64,000 nucleotides of DNA. Source: Magallana gigas (taxonomy: Eukaryota). The position numbers were made by a program, and so were the translations under genes. Within the stretch, counting starts at the first letter, position 1. Each line of letters begins with the position of its first letter. A model generated the notes under the pieces. That model saw only the letters and a program-made list of their open reading frames with translations. It was not told the origin of the DNA and did not search any database. The stretch is taken from the NCBI RefSeq assembly GCF_963853765.1, contig NC_088856.1:12276001-12340000 (forward strand). Reading direction: 5' to 3'. Of this stretch, positions 61,580 through 64,000 are shown piece after piece.

Positions 61580-63535
61580 CTATCCTATGTTCATATTTTG
61601 TAACATATCAAAAGCATTTGATATTAGGTCTGGCATAAAGGTCTATAAATTACAAAAATATGGAATCAGAGGAGAAATCCTTGGATGAATAGAAAACTAT
61701 ATTACTGATAGAACACAAAAGGTTGTCATCGAGGGCTATTCCTCAGGAATTGAAACCACTAATGCAGGAGTACCCCCAGGGGTCAGTGTAAGGACCCTTC
61801 CTCTTTCTTATTTACATTAATGATATTGTTGAAAATATATGCAACCAAATAAGACTCTTTGCAGATGACACATCACTTTTTGTAGTAGTTGATGATAATG
61901 ATAATAATTCAGCTAAATCATTAACAGCTGATCTTGAAAAAATCAAACAGTGGTCTAATCAATGGCTGGTGGATTTTAATCCAAACAAAACAATAAATGT
62001 TAACTTTTCTAGAAAAAAAAACCAATCCCCAGGTCTCTTTTGGTAACACTTTAAACAATATAATCCAAAAAAATAATCATTGTCATATATCAAATTTCTA
62101 CGAAAAAGCATGCCAAATATTGAACATGCTTCGCATTCTTAAATATAAAATAAATAGGGAATCATTGATTAAAATTGACTTTGCATTTATTCGCCCTGTT
62201 TTAGAGTATGGTGATGTAGTCCGGGACAATTGTACAGATGAACAAAGTAATTTATTGGAAAGTATACAGATTGAAGCTGCACGAATAATCACTGGTCTTA
62301 GACGAAACTCAGCTAAACAATACCTATATCAGGAATTAGGCTGGGAAACACTAAAGAAACGTAGAAATAACCATAAATTAATATTATTGTTTAAAATATT
62401 AAACAATTATACCTCTGAATACTTATCTAATATTGTTGGTGAATGTTTCCCCCCACATAATACCTACAATCTTCGTAACAATTTCATCTATCGCACTCCT
62501 GTTGCAAAAACAACATCTTACTTCAATAGTTTTATACCATCTACAATTATATTGTGGAACAATCTACCTCAAAATACAAAAAAATAACTACAGTTTCAGC
62601 ATTTAAGAACAGACTCAAAAATATTAATAGTAAAAAACTGAATATGCATAAATTATTTAACCATGGCAAAAGATTAGAAAATATTTGGCATTGTCAGTTG
62701 AGAAATAACAGTAGTAACTTAAATTCTGACCTTTACTCACACCACCTTATTGCTTCTCCACTAAGTCAGAAGTGCTTTCTTGAAGTGGAAGACTTTAAAC
62801 ATTATTTCTTACACTGTCCATTATATGCCTCCAAAAGAAAATCGCTATTTGATTATATGAACGACAATTCCATACCAATCACAATTAAGAATCTACTCTT
62901 TGGAAGTGATAAACTAACATTTCAAAATAACTTACTATTATTTGATAAAATTCATTTTTACATAAAAAGTACAAACAAATTTAAGTAAGTCAATAGGTAA
63001 AAATGTACACATTGTATAAAAAATGTATCAAAATGGGTACCACTGACTTTCCTTACACTCCCTTCTTTTCATTTTTTTATTGCTTATTTGTTCTCCCCCT
63101 CCCCCTCCCACCCCCCCCCCCCCACCCCCAAAACTTTCCATTTTTTTCTACTTTGTTATCAATTTTTGTTTTGTTTTTAATTACATGTTTTTTCTCTTCT
63201 TTCTCATTTTTTCTCTACACTACATATGCTTTTTTTATTTTCAACCTTAGCAATTAACCATTATTTTTCTATTTTTTTTTTATTTTCATTTTGCTATCAT
63301 AAGCTATTTGTTTTGTTTATTTTTTTGCACTGTACCTCCTTCCAATGCTATTTATAATATTAATCTATTATTAATGCACAATTCATTTGCAATATATATG
63401 TATATATACCTTATATAAAATTATATAATTACTCATATTATACCTTGACTACAGGAGAGAACATAAATAGGCATTATGCCTGCTGTTCAATCCATTTCAA
63501 TGTATCTATATACTTGAATAAAATACTTCTTAAAT
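61580..63535 (+). mobile_element. 5'-truncated, decayed CR1/L2-clade LINE (RT and C-terminal region of ORF2, plus 3' UTR)
   Basis: FC.ISKAFD, GVPQGS, LFLIYIND, LFADDTSL, QWSNQWLVDFNPNKT, IRPVLEYG, LGWETLKKRR spread over shifting frames with stops; 3' tail GGAGAGAAC...AATAAAATAC...TAAATTAAA. Confidence 0.88.
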
Positions 63536-64000
63536 TAAAAATTAAATCTTATCGTGAAATGAAACTGGATAATGGATATTTCATTCGTTTTAGTTCCTTA
63601 GTTTAACCGATTAGAACATGATTTACTAGCATGCTTTCTTAAAAATTTTAAAAGTTGAATATGATTAGTTGACATCTCTGAATTAAGATGTAAACCGTAG
63701 CTACAATAGACGTATCATCATTTCCGTTATGATAGACGTCTCAGAAGTTAAGACTTCTTATATTAACTGGTTTTCCCTCCTGAAAATTAAAATATTAACA
63801 AAGTACATGTAAAGGCCTTATGTTAAATGAAAATATGTAAACGCACTTTAAAAAAAATAAAAGGGCGTTGAGTTGGTCTCAAATTTAACGCACTTTCAAA
63901 CAAAAATATGAATCAGCGGAGTAAAGTACACCTCAATGCTTAACCCATGCCTTCAATTATATATTGTTTCTTTTTTTAAGACTTGAATAAAACCAAGCAG

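Noticed and set aside
61997-62988. ORFs of 196 and 144 aa as host genes
   Set aside because: They are frameshifted pieces of the decayed LINE ORF2.

Overview
AT-rich eukaryotic DNA, almost certainly from a bivalve, probably a Crassostrea/Magallana-type oyster (inferred from Cg170-like satellite monomers, a perlustrin-like gene and the repeat families). Genes reconstructed by hand from splice signals: a 2-exon perlustrin-like IGFBP-domain protein (-); a divergent 2-exon, highly charged 430-aa protein whose 14-nt first coding exon supplies an MGACC dual-acylation motif (+); a complete 15-exon peroxisomal acyl-CoA oxidase ACOX1 of 678 aa ending in SKL (-); a laccase-type multicopper oxidase with its CDS in one exon (-); and an orphan class A GPCR (-). 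The centre of the window is one 15.8-kb Mutator/MULE element (22443-38280; perfect 32-bp TIRs, 9-bp TSD CAAAATTTT). Its intact transposase is fused to an OTU deubiquitinase-like domain, its right end is triplicated exactly at the TIR tip, and it carries a chain of phase-0 mini-exons. ACOX1 intron 11 is largely a tandem array of copies of the exon-12 splice acceptor plus the first 35 nt of that exon. Many non-autonomous elements are present (Kolobok-, IS3EU-, Tc1/mariner-, Crypton-, Helentron- and Academ/MULE-like, plus a truncated CR1-type LINE), and there is a 191-N assembly gap. Family names rest on recalled terminus/TSD rules and protein motifs; no database search was run.
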